From a virus, in IMG/VR virus record IMGVR_UViG_3300009709_000006, positions 1 through 55,703 of that record: a stretch of DNA of 55,703 bases. The stretch is one strand, 5' to 3'. Every line of letters starts with the position of its first letter. Positions within the stretch are counted from its first letter, which is position 1. The notes under the pieces were generated by a model. That model had not been told where the DNA came from. It searched no databases and saw only the letters and a program-made list of their open reading frames with translations. Below are positions 23,900 to 33,658 of the stretch, piece by piece. Position numbers and translations under genes: made by a program.

Positions 23900-25211
23900 G
23901 CAGCAGGAGTTTCACGCGGCCGGGGCGAAATTCCGCGAGCGGCTTTTCATGGCCGGTAATCAGCTCGGTAAGACCCTGGCTGGCGGCGCTGAAGTGGCGA
24001 TGCACCTCACGGGACAATATCCCGCTTGGTGGGTTGGGAAACGATTTGATCGGCCGACAACGTGGATTGCTGGGTCGGAATCTGGCGAACTGACGCGCGA
24101 CGGTGTTCAGCGCATTATGCTAGGTCCCCCAAGCGATCAAACGGCGTGGGGGACGGGATGCATTCCGTTTGATGCATTGGTTGATACGAGTTCGCGGCCT
24201 GGCGTTGCTGATGCCGTAGCTACCATCGTAGTTAAACATGTCAGCGGCTTAAATTCGACATTGCTGCTTAAGAGCTACGATCAGGGGAGATCAAAGTGGC
24301 AGGCCAACACCGTTGACGGTGTGTGGTTTGACGAGGAGCCGCCGTTAGACGTTTATTCGGAAGGGCTGACGCGCGCAAACTCTACGTTTGGGCCGATCAT
24401 CGTCACATTCACGCCACTCAATGGTATGTCAGATGTTGTGACGCGGTTTTTGATGCCGCCCGCGGACGATAAAGGCGCCGCTGATCGCGCCGTCATCCAA
24501 ATGACGATTGAGGATGCGGAGCATTATACGCCTGAAGAACGGGCTAAGATTATCGCGTCGTATCCAGCCCACGAGCGGGAAGCGAGATCAAAGGGTATTC
24601 CCACGATGGGTTCCGGTCGGGTATTCCCGATTGAGGAATCGGCGATTACCTGTGAGCCGTTTGCAATTCCAAATCATTGGCCGCAGATAAACGGTTTAGA
24701 TTTCGGATGGGATCACCCTTTTGCGGCGACTAACATCGCATGGGATAGAGACGCAGACTGTGTTTATGTCTGTAAGGAATATGCAGCTCGCGAGACGACG
24801 CCGGTAATTCACGCGGCGTCAATTAAGCCCTGGGGCGATTGGATACCTTGCTCGTGGCCCCACGACGGGCTGCAACACGATAAAGGATCTGGCGAAGAGT
24901 TGGCCAAGCAGTACAAAGCGCAAGGCCTAAATATGTTGCCCGAAAAATCGACGTTCGCCGACGGCGGCAACGGGGTTGAGGCTGGCGTTATGGACATGCT
25001 CGACCGAATGCAAACCGGTCGATGGAAAGTGTTTTCGACGTGCGGCGGATGGTTTCAAGAATTTCGCCTTTATCACCGGAAAGACGGTGTGATCGTCAAG
25101 CTTAAGGATGATCGAATTTCGTCGTCGCGATACGCGCTGATGATGCTGCGTTTCGCAAAGACCAAGCCCCGCAGTTCTCAAATTATCATCCCTAATTTTG
25201 GAGCCGTGTGA
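23826..25211 (+). CDS. terL: Terminase large subunit
   Basis: QQEFHAAGAKFRERLFMAGNQLGKT (Walker A), YPAWWVGKRF, VWFDEEP (Walker B), and a C-terminal nuclease region. The start is uncertain (23760-23835). Confidence 0.85.
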   Translation: MAAMEREQAQRISRNRLKHYRSYIKQQEFHAAGAKFRERLFMAGNQLGKTLAGGAEVAMHLTGQYPAWWVGKRFDRPTTWIAGSESGELTRDGVQRIMLGPPSDQTAWGTGCIPFDALVDTSSRPGVADAVATIVVKHVSGLNSTLLLKSYDQGRSKWQANTVDGVWFDEEPPLDVYSEGLTRANSTFGPIIVTFTPLNGMSDVVTRFLMPPADDKGAADRAVIQMTIEDAEHYTPEERAKIIASYPAHEREARSKGIPTMGSGRVFPIEESAITCEPFAIPNHWPQINGLDFGWDHPFAATNIAWDRDADCVYVCKEYAARETTPVIHAASIKPWGDWIPCSWPHDGLQHDKGSGEELAKQYKAQGLNMLPEKSTFADGGNGVEAGVMDMLDRMQTGRWKVFSTCGGWFQEFRLYHRKDGVIVKLKDDRISSSRYALMMLRFAKTKPRSSQIIIPNFGAV

Positions 25212-25486
25212 TGTATAATGCCTACGCTCCAAAAGGCGGATTTCCGGTCACTCCAAGCGACACGGCCCCGCTGAATCCTGGAACCGGATATGGACCGACA
25301 GCCGGCACGCCGGTTCCGATCGCAACGCAGCTCTATATTGGGGGTGCGGGCAACGTTTCGCTGATCTCCGAAGACGGCAGCCCATTGCTTTACCAGGGTG
25401 TTCCTGCCGGATCGGTCATATGGATGCGGACGGTTCAGGTTAAAGCCACCGGCACAACGGCCACCAACATTTTAGCTCTGTACTGA
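25211..25486 (+). CDS. Hypothetical protein between terminase and portal
   Basis: ORF track. TGATG overlap. Confidence 0.55.
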   Translation: MYNAYAPKGGFPVTPSDTAPLNPGTGYGPTAGTPVPIATQLYIGGAGNVSLISEDGSPLLYQGVPAGSVIWMRTVQVKATGTTATNILALY

Positions 25487-27732
25487 TGAGAGACGAGGAG
25501 CTTTTACAGATTGTTCGCGGAGAGCGAGCGAGGTCGATCGGGTTTGACATTGATCCTGTGTTGCTGGCGGATCGAGAAAAGGCGCTCTTTTATTATAAGG
25601 GCGAGATGCCGGATGTTCCGTATTTGCCGAACCGCTCGAAGGCGGTATCGACCGATGTGGCGGACACCATTGAAACGATCATGCCTGATCTGGTGGAGAT
25701 TTTCACCGGCGGCGATGATGTGGCGAGTTTCATCCCGTCCAATCAGGCCGATGTTGAGGGCGCTCAGCAAGAGACTGAGTATCTTCACCATGTGATTTTC
25801 GGGACCAATGCAGGGTTTATGACGCTGTACACGTTCCTGAAAGACGCGCTGCTCGTTAAAACGGGCGTCGTGAAATGGTGGTGGGAGAATAAGCCCGAAC
25901 CGAAGCTCGAAACCTTCGAGGAGAAGACTGCGGCCGAGGTCGGTATGGCCATGCAGGATGGTGAGTTGGGCGACCTGAAGTTCGACGGCGTTCCCTATGA
26001 GATCGGGGACGATTTGCCGCCGGGCGCCGAAGATGCGCCGCTGTTCAGCTTCACAATGAAGAGCGAAGGCCCAGACGGCCAAGCGAAAATCCACGCCATT
26101 CCGCCAGAGGACTTCACGGTGTCGCGCGATTGCGTAACGCTGGCGGACACCACCTATTGCGCTTTCCGCTCCCGGCCGCGGGCTCAAAAGCTTAAGGAAG
26201 ATGGCCACGACCCAGCAATCGTTGATCGCCTTCCCCCTTATGGCTTGGCGCGAAACGAACAGGTTCAACTCGCGCGCGACACGGCGGGTGAGCACTATTT
26301 CCCCATTGGGTCAGACGGCCCAAACCGCGACATGCGTGCCGTGGAGGTGGTCGAACACTTTGTTCGAATTTACGACGACAAGGAAAAGCGCATCAAGATT
26401 TGGCGCGTGTTCACGGGTGGAAACGAGTCCATTCTGATCGACAAGGAAGAGGTTGATCAGATACCTTTTGCGGCCATCACGCCGTTTGTGGTTACGCACC
26501 GGTTTTATGGCGAATCCATCGCCGACAAAGTCATGGAAATCCAACGCATCAAGACGGCACTGATGCGGGGACAGCTTGACTATATCTACTTCAGCCTTAA
26601 TCAGCGCCATTACGTGGATATGCAGGCGGCAGATACATTCACGATTTCGGATTTACTGGATAATCGGCCTGGCGTACCCGTTCGCGGGAACGGGCCTAAC
26701 GCCGTAACAGCTCTTCAAACGGGTGGGCAACCAGCCCCATATCTTGAGGCGCTTGAGTATTTTTCGACCGTCGCGGAAAGTCGCACTGGCGTCGTGCGCA
26801 ACTCGCAGGGCCTCAACCCTGACACGCTGCACGACACGGCAGCCGGCGCCATGGCGCTCATGAACATGGCCCAACGACGGGTCAGGATGATCGCCCGCAT
26901 TTTCGCCGAGACCGGCGTGAAGGACATGTTCTTAGGCGTTCATGCCCTCATCCGAAAGCACGCCTCGCAAAAGCAAATCACGCGCCTAAGCGGAAAGTTC
27001 GTCGAAGTCGATCCGACCCAATGGGCCGAACGGACAGACATGACGATTGAGATCGGCGTCGGTGCGGGCGGCGCTCAGCAGAAGTTCGCATCTCTTACGA
27101 AGGTGATTGAACTCCAGGGTGAGATCGCGAAGGAACTGCCCTGCTCCGGGCTGGTTACGCCTGAGAACGCTTACAGGGCCATCGTGGATGCTTCCAAGGC
27201 GTCTGGCCTCAAATCTCCAGAGCAGTATTTCACCGATCCCGCGACGACGCCTCCTAAGCCGCCGGCTCCAAACCCTGATATGCTGAAGGTTCAAGCGCAG
27301 TCACAAGCTGATCAGGCCAAGTTGCAACAGAATGGCCAAGTCGAGCAGATGAAGGATGCGCGGGAGAAGATGGCGCTTCAGGCCGCTCACGAGCGTGAAT
27401 CTGCCAAACTCCAAGCGACGCAGCAGATCGACCAGGGGCGCCTGAGTTTGGACGCGCTGAAGCTTCAGCAGGAAAAAGAATTGGCCCTCGCCAAACTTCA
27501 ACAGGAGCGAGAGTTGGCAATCATGGAGATGCGAGCGAAGTACGGTATCGCAGCTATGAATGCCGCGACCCAGCTTCAGGTCCAGGCGTCAGAATCATCC
27601 GACGCTCAGGCCATGGCAGATGCTGATCGTCACCATGACATGACCAAGACGGCTTTGGATCACGCCAGATCGCTCCACGAGGACGTGATGGCTGATAAAA
27701 AGGTGGCAGAACAAAAGTCGGCGCCCCAATGA
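25486..27732 (+). CDS. Portal protein with long C-terminal coiled-coil (barrel-like) extension
   Basis: REKALFYYKGEMPDVPYLPNRSKAVSTDVADTIETIMPDLVEIFTGGDD is typical of P22/podovirus-type portals. The C-terminus is Q/A/K/L-rich heptads. Confidence 0.8.
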   Translation: MRDEELLQIVRGERARSIGFDIDPVLLADREKALFYYKGEMPDVPYLPNRSKAVSTDVADTIETIMPDLVEIFTGGDDVASFIPSNQADVEGAQQETEYLHHVIFGTNAGFMTLYTFLKDALLVKTGVVKWWWENKPEPKLETFEEKTAAEVGMAMQDGELGDLKFDGVPYEIGDDLPPGAEDAPLFSFTMKSEGPDGQAKIHAIPPEDFTVSRDCVTLADTTYCAFRSRPRAQKLKEDGHDPAIVDRLPPYGLARNEQVQLARDTAGEHYFPIGSDGPNRDMRAVEVVEHFVRIYDDKEKRIKIWRVFTGGNESILIDKEEVDQIPFAAITPFVVTHRFYGESIADKVMEIQRIKTALMRGQLDYIYFSLNQRHYVDMQAADTFTISDLLDNRPGVPVRGNGPNAVTALQTGGQPAPYLEALEYFSTVAESRTGVVRNSQGLNPDTLHDTAAGAMALMNMAQRRVRMIARIFAETGVKDMFLGVHALIRKHASQKQITRLSGKFVEVDPTQWAERTDMTIEIGVGAGGAQQKFASLTKVIELQGEIAKELPCSGLVTPENAYRAIVDASKASGLKSPEQYFTDPATTPPKPPAPNPDMLKVQAQSQADQAKLQQNGQVEQMKDAREKMALQAAHERESAKLQATQQIDQGRLSLDALKLQQEKELALAKLQQERELAIMEMRAKYGIAAMNAATQLQVQASESSDAQAMADADRHHDMTKTALDHARSLHEDVMADKKVAEQKSAPQ

Positions 27733-28139
27733 CAATCATTGCCTTTCGTGACGGCGTTGTTGCTGCCGATTCCATGTCGTGCAACGAAAACGGCTATCGC
27801 ACGGGAATTTGCAAAAAGCTCTTTCGGCACGGCGATGAAGTTGTGGCGATAATGGGACGGGCGAGCGAGTCTTACCCATTAATGAAATGGTACAGCGAGC
27901 GCAGGCAGGAAAAGCAGCCTGACGACGGATCAATCATTGTTTTCGCCCAATCTGGAATAACGATTTATGAAAACGGCGGTTGGCAGCCTGAGCATGAGGC
28001 ACCGTTCTACGCATATGCGGCCGGTTCAGAAATCGCTTTAGGCGCGATGGCAATGGGCGCTTTTGCTGTTGAGGCTGTAGAAGCGGCGATCAAAATAAGC
28101 ATTTGGTGTGGTGGTCCAGTTGTAAGCGAGCGGCTGTGA
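27729..28139 (+). CDS. HslV/proteasome-beta-like Ntn-hydrolase-fold protein, 136 aa
   Basis: MTIIAFRDGVVAADS (Thr2 after Met), KKLFRHGDEVVAIMGRASES, YAAGSEIALGAMAMG and AIKISIWCGGPVV parallel HslV motifs from memory. Confidence 0.5.
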   Translation: MTIIAFRDGVVAADSMSCNENGYRTGICKKLFRHGDEVVAIMGRASESYPLMKWYSERRQEKQPDDGSIIVFAQSGITIYENGGWQPEHEAPFYAYAAGSEIALGAMAMGAFAVEAVEAAIKISIWCGGPVVSERL

Positions 28140-28405
28140 CCACAAATGCCGAAGCCAAGGCCATGGCGGACGGCCAGCGCGCACGCGCCGCCATGGAATA
28201 CATGGAACCTATCTTTGCTCGGCTTCGTGAGAGCGCTACGTCGAAGCTTTTCGCGAGTGCGGTCGGCGACGCCGCTTTGCGCGAGGATCTGTATCGCACC
28301 GTCGCCACCATCAACGCCTTAGAGGCGGAAATCTGTCGCGCCATCAAGGCTGGCGAAATGGCCGCTATTGTGAAGGATCACTTTGAGCGCGTAACGCCAA
28401 AATGA
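28136..28405 (+). CDS. Hypothetical protein
   Basis: The GTG at 28136 overlaps the upstream stop (GTGA). ORF track 28103-28405. Confidence 0.5.
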   Translation: MTTNAEAKAMADGQRARAAMEYMEPIFARLRESATSKLFASAVGDAALREDLYRTVATINALEAEICRAIKAGEMAAIVKDHFERVTPK

Positions 28406-28671
28406 CGGCTAAAATTGTCAAGCTTTCTACAGTTACGGCGCCGACGCTTGAGGTTGATGACGACCTCGTTCAGGGGCTGAAAGCGCTCTTGGAAATGGCT
28501 GAAGCGGGCAAAATTCAAGGCTTGGCTTATGTGAGCGTCGCGACATCGGGCGTAGGTCAATACACGGGTTGCGGAACTGGATGGCACGGCCACCTAGGCG
28601 GCGTCCACATCGTTCTCGGCGCTCTGACAATTTTGCAAAATCGGCTCATCTTCGAGGAAAATCTCGCTTAA
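28402..28671 (+). CDS. Hypothetical protein
   Basis: ORF track. ATGA overlap. Confidence 0.5.
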   Translation: MTAKIVKLSTVTAPTLEVDDDLVQGLKALLEMAEAGKIQGLAYVSVATSGVGQYTGCGTGWHGHLGGVHIVLGALTILQNRLIFEENLA

Positions 28672-28803
28672 GCTATTCGGGTGGCGCGCCTAAACGCCCA
28701 AGGCTTTGGCCGATATTCCGCTTTGGCAAGCGGTTTGCCCGAACCATCTAGTCACGCCGCCCGGTCCATCCTGGCACAGCGGCCTATCACTAAGGTAGAA
28801 TCT

Positions 28804-29856
28804 ATGTCCGCATCGGATATGGCCGGCGAACGGCTGTCGATCACTGACGCCGCAAAGCTGCTTTCCCACGGCGCGCCGGCCGCCGCCGAGCCCAATCCAC
28901 CCCCTGCGCCCGTCGAAGCCGCCCAGAGCGCGCCGGAGCCGCAGGAAACCCCCATTCAGGCCGATCCCACGGCTGAACTCGACCTCACAGAGGAAACTCC
29001 AGGTGAGGTCGCCGCGACCATCGAACCGGTATCGCCGGCAGTCGATCCACCGCACTATTGGGACGCCTCGCAGAAGGAGGCGTTTGCGCAGTTATCCCCT
29101 GAACTTCAGCGCGTTGCGGTTGACCAGTGGAAAAACGGCGAGCGCGTCATCAACAAGGCGCAACAGGAGGCGGCTGAAGCTCGTAAGGTCGCTGAAAACG
29201 CGACCAAGCAGGCCGAAGCCAAGGCGGCTGAGGCTACTCAATTCGTTGAGAAGCTGAACGCAATCGTTCCCAAAGCCGAAGAGGTTTTCGCGGATCGATG
29301 GAGCAAGGTGAATTGGGTTGAACTAGCGACGGTTCAGCCCGACGAGTACGTCAAATATCGCGCGATTCACGACGCCGAACAGATGCAACTTCAGCAGCTC
29401 CAAGCTGCCAGGAAGGAAGCGTCTGAGAAGGCCGAAAGTCAGCGTGTCGAGGCCGAAAAGACCGCGCGTCAGCAGCGCGCGACTGAGCAAGGTCAACTTC
29501 TGCGCAATCTGGTTCCCGATCTGGCGGACGCCAAAGAAGGTCCAGCACGTTTGAAGCGGCTAGGCGATTACATGCTCGCCCAAGCCATTACCCCTGACCA
29601 GATCGCCAACGCCGGCGCCCGCGAAATCTCCCTCGCGTACAAGGCCATGCTTTTCGACGAAGCGAGAGCTCGAGCGGCTGCGAAAGCGCCCAAACCTGCG
29701 CCCACGCCGGCCAAACCTGCCGTGAAGCCGGGCGGCGCGAACCCCACACCCACAAAACCAGCGCCAGCGCAGGCGATGGAGCGTCTCTCAAAGACCGGCT
29801 CCCGCAACGACGCCATGGCAGCGCTCAAAGCTCAAAGGATCGCTCAACGTGGCTAA
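28804..29856 (+). CDS. Scaffolding protein (coiled-coil, Ala/Glu/Lys/Gln-rich)
   Basis: It sits directly upstream of the major capsid gene. Long helical low-complexity sequence. The ATG at 28804 has an AAGG SD. Confidence 0.6.
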   Translation: MSASDMAGERLSITDAAKLLSHGAPAAAEPNPPPAPVEAAQSAPEPQETPIQADPTAELDLTEETPGEVAATIEPVSPAVDPPHYWDASQKEAFAQLSPELQRVAVDQWKNGERVINKAQQEAAEARKVAENATKQAEAKAAEATQFVEKLNAIVPKAEEVFADRWSKVNWVELATVQPDEYVKYRAIHDAEQMQLQQLQAARKEASEKAESQRVEAEKTARQQRATEQGQLLRNLVPDLADAKEGPARLKRLGDYMLAQAITPDQIANAGAREISLAYKAMLFDEARARAAAKAPKPAPTPAKPAVKPGGANPTPTKPAPAQAMERLSKTGSRNDAMAALKAQRIAQRG

Positions 29857-30814
29857 CGCTGCAATTGCAAACACCTCTACCACTCTAAACCAAGTCGGTA
29901 TTCGCGAAGACTTGGAAGATATTATCTATCGGGTAGCTCCGGAAGAAACGCCATTTACGAGTAACATCGGGACTGCTACTGCCACGAATGTTAAGCATGA
30001 TTGGCAGACGGAAACTCTCGCCGCTCCCAGTGCTGCAAACGCGGCTTATGAAGGCGGCGACATTTCCACTTTCCAAGCGCCCAACGTCCCGACTCGTCTT
30101 GAGAACATCTGCCAGATTTTCACCAAGACGGCGCTTGTTTCGGGCACTGACGATGCTGTCATCTCGGCCGGCCGCGACGACGAAATGGACCGCCAAAAGG
30201 TGCTTCGCGGCATCGAAAACAAGCGGGACATCGAAGCGGCCTGCACCGTCAACTACGGGTCCAACGCGGAAACCGCAGGCACCATCCCTCGTCGCATGGC
30301 GGGCTGTCTCGCTTGGGGGCAGACCAACACCTCGGTCGGAACCGGTGGTTCCAACGGCGGCTGGAATGGCTCAACCGTTACGGCTGCGACGAACGGCACG
30401 CAGCGGTCGTTCTCGGAATCAATCGTCAAGGCCGGCATGGCGTCGGTATTCGCGGCCGGCGGCAAGCCCTCCCAAGCCTACATGGGCGGCTCGCTAAAGC
30501 AGGAGTTCAGTTCGTTTACCGGGATCGCCGAAATTCGAACCGAAGCGGCTGGCGGCAAGATGGCCACCATCTACGGCGCCGCCGACGCGTATCTGTCGGA
30601 CTTCGGGATGCTGATGCTCATTCCGCACCAGTACAGCTTCGCGCGGGACTGCATCATCATCGACCCGGAAATGTGGGCTGTCGCGACCCTTCGTGGACAG
30701 GAAGCCGTTCCGCTGGCGAAGACCGGCGATGCGGACAAGTTCCTGATCACGGCGGAAAAGACGCTGGTCTCTCGTAACGAGGCCGCGAGCGTTTTCCTTC
30801 GCGATCTCCAGTAG
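29849..30814 (+). CDS. Major capsid protein, HK97 fold (DUF5309/SU10-like)
   Basis: IREDLEDIIYRVAPEETPFTSNIG...HDWQTETLA...YEGGD...RLENICQIFTKTALVSGT. Confidence 0.8.
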   Translation: MANAAIANTSTTLNQVGIREDLEDIIYRVAPEETPFTSNIGTATATNVKHDWQTETLAAPSAANAAYEGGDISTFQAPNVPTRLENICQIFTKTALVSGTDDAVISAGRDDEMDRQKVLRGIENKRDIEAACTVNYGSNAETAGTIPRRMAGCLAWGQTNTSVGTGGSNGGWNGSTVTAATNGTQRSFSESIVKAGMASVFAAGGKPSQAYMGGSLKQEFSSFTGIAEIRTEAAGGKMATIYGAADAYLSDFGMLMLIPHQYSFARDCIIIDPEMWAVATLRGQEAVPLAKTGDADKFLITAEKTLVSRNEAASVFLRDLQ

Positions 30815-30816
30815 GA

Positions 30817-31044
30817 TTAAGGGATGGGGGCGGCTTGGACTGTCGCCCCCGCTTCTTTATCGGCCCTTTCTTGCGCGTATTTATCGGCCAATCTTCCGTG
30901 ATGAACGTGCAATTCAGCAAATTTTTGCGTTAACGTTGTAAGGCCCAAGCCTATTTGGCACCTTTTATTATGTAGCGCGCCATAGTGTTGGTGCCGTCGC
31001 ATATGATAACCGGCGCGTTTAGCAGTATAAAGATTATCTAACAT
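30817..31044 (-). CDS. Possible His-rich small protein (moron, second gene)
   Basis: ORF track. TAATG coupling to 31044-31367. The C-terminus runs through the terminator hairpin, so it is uncertain. Confidence 0.35.
   Translation of the reverse strand: MLDNLYTAKRAGYHMRRHQHYGALHNKRCQIGLGLTTLTQKFAELHVHHGRLADKYAQERADKEAGATVQAAPIP
30826..30860. terminator. Hairpin terminator after capsid gene (potentially bidirectional)
   Basis: GGGGGCG (30826-30832) pairs with CGCCCCC (30844-30850), followed by GCTTCTTTA. Confidence 0.6.
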
Positions 31045-31367
31045 TATGCGACCGACCCCGTTTCTTCCGTGATCAGCAAATAGTCGTTGGGCGCAACAAC
31101 TTCGGTTTGTATCGTCCCGGTTTCCGCGTCGTAATAGCTTCTTAACATGTGGCTTGGCGGTAGTTTTTTTGTTAGTTCAAGCATTTCTTCTACGGCAGCG
31201 CGAGCAAATATTCTAAATGCTCCCACGCCGTAGAGGCCACGCTCAACAGCGTCTTCCCAAGGAATGGTGCGTTCGTTTTCGGCCCAACCAAATGCAACGT
31301 CTTCGGCGTTCCACATCGCCTTAGCTACTCGGTCAATCATTTCGCTAACTAGATCACGATTGCTCAT
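31044..31367 (-). CDS. Hypothetical protein (minus-strand moron inside the structural module)
   Basis: The ATG at 31367 has a GGGAGGA SD 7 nt upstream. 107 aa. Confidence 0.55.
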   Translation of the reverse strand: MSNRDLVSEMIDRVAKAMWNAEDVAFGWAENERTIPWEDAVERGLYGVGAFRIFARAAVEEMLELTKKLPPSHMLRSYYDAETGTIQTEVVAPNDYLLITEETGSVA

Positions 31368-31521
31368 CGCATCATCCTCCCAATCCATCGCCTGACGTCG
31401 ATGCGCCAACGTCCGATCCGTATAACGGCGCCGAAGTAGGGTGTGAGGCGAAACATCCGCAGATTTTACCACCAACCGCCGCCCGGTCCAACGGCACAGC
31501 GGCTAAACTGAAGGAAATCCC

Positions 31522-31815
31522 ATGTCCGAAACCGCCCCCGAGCCCGTGAAGCGCGGCCCCGGCCGGCCGCCGCGCGCGGTTGGTCAAGCGACCATTCCGG
31601 TTGATGCTGTCGAGGTCCGCATCACCAAGATGGGCCACCACAAGGTGTTCACCGGCCACACGCCTGCGCATCGCCGTCCGGAAATGGATGATGAGTTCGG
31701 CGACCCGAAGGACAAGCACTGGTTTCCGACCTATCCGAAGGACACCGTCGTCTCGCTTCCGCGCAACGTGGCGCTAGCCCTTGAAGACAAGGGTTTCGCG
31801 GAGATTCAGGAATAA
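31522..31815 (+). CDS. Hypothetical virion-module protein (N-terminal RGPGRPPR)
   Basis: ORF track. Confidence 0.55.
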   Translation: MSETAPEPVKRGPGRPPRAVGQATIPVDAVEVRITKMGHHKVFTGHTPAHRRPEMDDEFGDPKDKHWFPTYPKDTVVSLPRNVALALEDKGFAEIQE

Positions 31816-32159
31816 TGACCCGTCGTCTCCTTTACCGCTCTTCGGGTGGGATAGACCACTATTGGGTCGGCAACGGAGACGGCACCTACACGATCAGCTC
31901 GGAACAGCGTGTTGACGTCATCCTGGACAAAAACCGGGCCATGGCGAACCACAACAACGGCTACTCTCCGTCTAGGGAAATGCGCCGCGTCGGGTCGATT
32001 CCCAACATCGTGGCTCTAAAATGGCTGAAGGAAGAGGGATGGTGGTGTTTCGAACCCGCTAACGCCGACAAGCTGATGAGGAAGCTGAACGATATCGACT
32101 ACCGGTGGCTTAGGACGGCCCCCGGTCGCCTCGGCATTTCCAACGGCGTGGTGCGATAA
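31815..32159 (+). CDS. Hypothetical virion-module protein
   Basis: ORF track. Start and stop abut the neighbours. Confidence 0.55.
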   Translation: MTRRLLYRSSGGIDHYWVGNGDGTYTISSEQRVDVILDKNRAMANHNNGYSPSREMRRVGSIPNIVALKWLKEEGWWCFEPANADKLMRKLNDIDYRWLRTAPGRLGISNGVVR

Positions 32160-32830
32160 TGGGTCTTTACACCTACACGACCCTGCAAGCGGCCATCGCA
32201 ACGCTGCTTGTGCGCACGGATTTGTCCGCTTCAATTCCTGGCTATATCGCGCTCGCCGAAGCGCAGATGAACCGGGAACTGCGAACCCGTCATCAAGTCT
32301 GTCGCAAACAGGTGATGATTTCGGGCGAAACAATGCCGTTGCCCTGTGAGTTTAGGTCCGTTCTGAGCTTCCGCACGCGCTGGGGAAAGCTTCAGTACCT
32401 TTCACCCGAAGGCATCGCCGAAAAACACGCCCATGGTTATGAGGCCACGGAATATGGCGGTAATGGAACGGGCGTTCGATATTATTCGATCGTCGGCAAT
32501 GAGTTTCTGTTTCACCCCAGACCCGCTCAACCCGTTCCCGCCACCCTGACGGTTCGTCAGACCATTCCGTCTCTCTCCACCTACAATCCGACCAACTGGC
32601 TTCTTGACCGCCATCCCGACGCCTATCTTTATGGCGCGGCTCTTCAGTCCGCGCCTCAGCTCCAGGACGACGAGCGGATAGAGGTGTGGGGCGACATTTT
32701 CTCGACCATCCTGAAGGCCATTTCGGCCGAAGAAATGGGTATGATCGAGGATAGTCTTCAAACCCAGTCGGGAATTTCGGACGGCACTTGGGGCAACGGC
32801 TGGCGTCGATCTGCCGGCAGTCCATACTAA
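32159..32830 (+). CDS. Putative head-to-tail adaptor
   Basis: The position, and the N-terminus LQAAIATLLVRTDLSASIPGYIALAEAQMNRELRTR typical of adaptor proteins (from memory). Confidence 0.4.
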   Translation: MGLYTYTTLQAAIATLLVRTDLSASIPGYIALAEAQMNRELRTRHQVCRKQVMISGETMPLPCEFRSVLSFRTRWGKLQYLSPEGIAEKHAHGYEATEYGGNGTGVRYYSIVGNEFLFHPRPAQPVPATLTVRQTIPSLSTYNPTNWLLDRHPDAYLYGAALQSAPQLQDDERIEVWGDIFSTILKAISAEEMGMIEDSLQTQSGISDGTWGNGWRRSAGSPY

Positions 32831-32842
32831 GGATCATCTCGC

Positions 32843-33217
32843 ATGGCCGACTCCGTCACAACAAATTACGGTTGGGCTTACCCTACCGTGGGCGGAGATT
32901 CCGCAGTCTGGGGCAGCACGCTCAACACAACAATCATCGCCATCGACGCCGACTTGAAAGAGGTGGCGCAGAGCGTTCCGAGCTATACCGCAGTCCAACA
33001 GGGCGGCGGCGCGGGCATGGCGACGACCGGCGTGCAAATCGGCGCCAATACGGCTGGGTCGGCCTTGTTGGCCGAGGTCGGAACGACGCCGTACGGATTT
33101 CTGCTCCATTCTTCCTTTTCGTCGGGATCGGCCAACCAAGGCGGCGCGGTCACAATAAGTGCCTCGGCCCCATCGGGCACGCCGAATGACGGTGATCTCT
33201 GGATAGAGCACGTCTGA
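32843..33217 (+). CDS. Tail fibre/tail-associated protein (TNYGWAYPTVGGD..W...LN N-terminus)
   Basis: This N-terminal motif is common in alphaproteobacterial phage and GTA fibre proteins (from memory). Confidence 0.45.
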   Translation: MADSVTTNYGWAYPTVGGDSAVWGSTLNTTIIAIDADLKEVAQSVPSYTAVQQGGGAGMATTGVQIGANTAGSALLAEVGTTPYGFLLHSSFSSGSANQGGAVTISASAPSGTPNDGDLWIEHV

Positions 33218-33220
33218 CCG

Positions 33221-33658
33221 ATGGGCCTTTCAGTTGGCGTAGGCGGGGCGTGGAAGGGCGTCCAAAGCGCATTTGTAGGCGTTGGTGGCGCCTGGAAGGC
33301 TGTCCAAAACATATGGACCGGCGTGGGCGGCGTTTGGAAGCTCGCCTACAGCGCGCTCAGCGTGACCGTTTCGCCCAATCCAGCGTTTGCTTCTGCTAGC
33401 AGGCCGGCCGTTGTTTACGTTTATCCGACCGCCATCGTTTCGGGCGGCTCCGGGTCTTATACTTATGCGTGGTCATTTGTAAGCGGAACGGCGCTGACCG
33501 TATCGGGAACCAGCACGGCTACTCTGACGGCAGAGCACGTTGTTTCACCTTCCATAAACGAAGTGACGGCAGTGTATCAAGTTCTAGTTTCGGACGTAAT
33601 CACCGGCTCATCTGTCGCAGTCCAAGTTGATATCACCCTCACCTACGCAGGTGGCTGA
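33221..33658 (+). CDS. Tail-associated protein with three VGG[AV]WK repeats
   Basis: ORF track. The repeats are visible in the translation. Confidence 0.5.
   Translation: MGLSVGVGGAWKGVQSAFVGVGGAWKAVQNIWTGVGGVWKLAYSALSVTVSPNPAFASASRPAVVYVYPTAIVSGGSGSYTYAWSFVSGTALTVSGTSTATLTAEHVVSPSINEVTAVYQVLVSDVITGSSVAVQVDITLTYAGG

Noticed and set aside
25504-26295. 263-aa minus-strand ORF inside the portal gene
   Set aside because: It is antisense to a high-confidence portal gene and is an Arg-rich shadow ORF.
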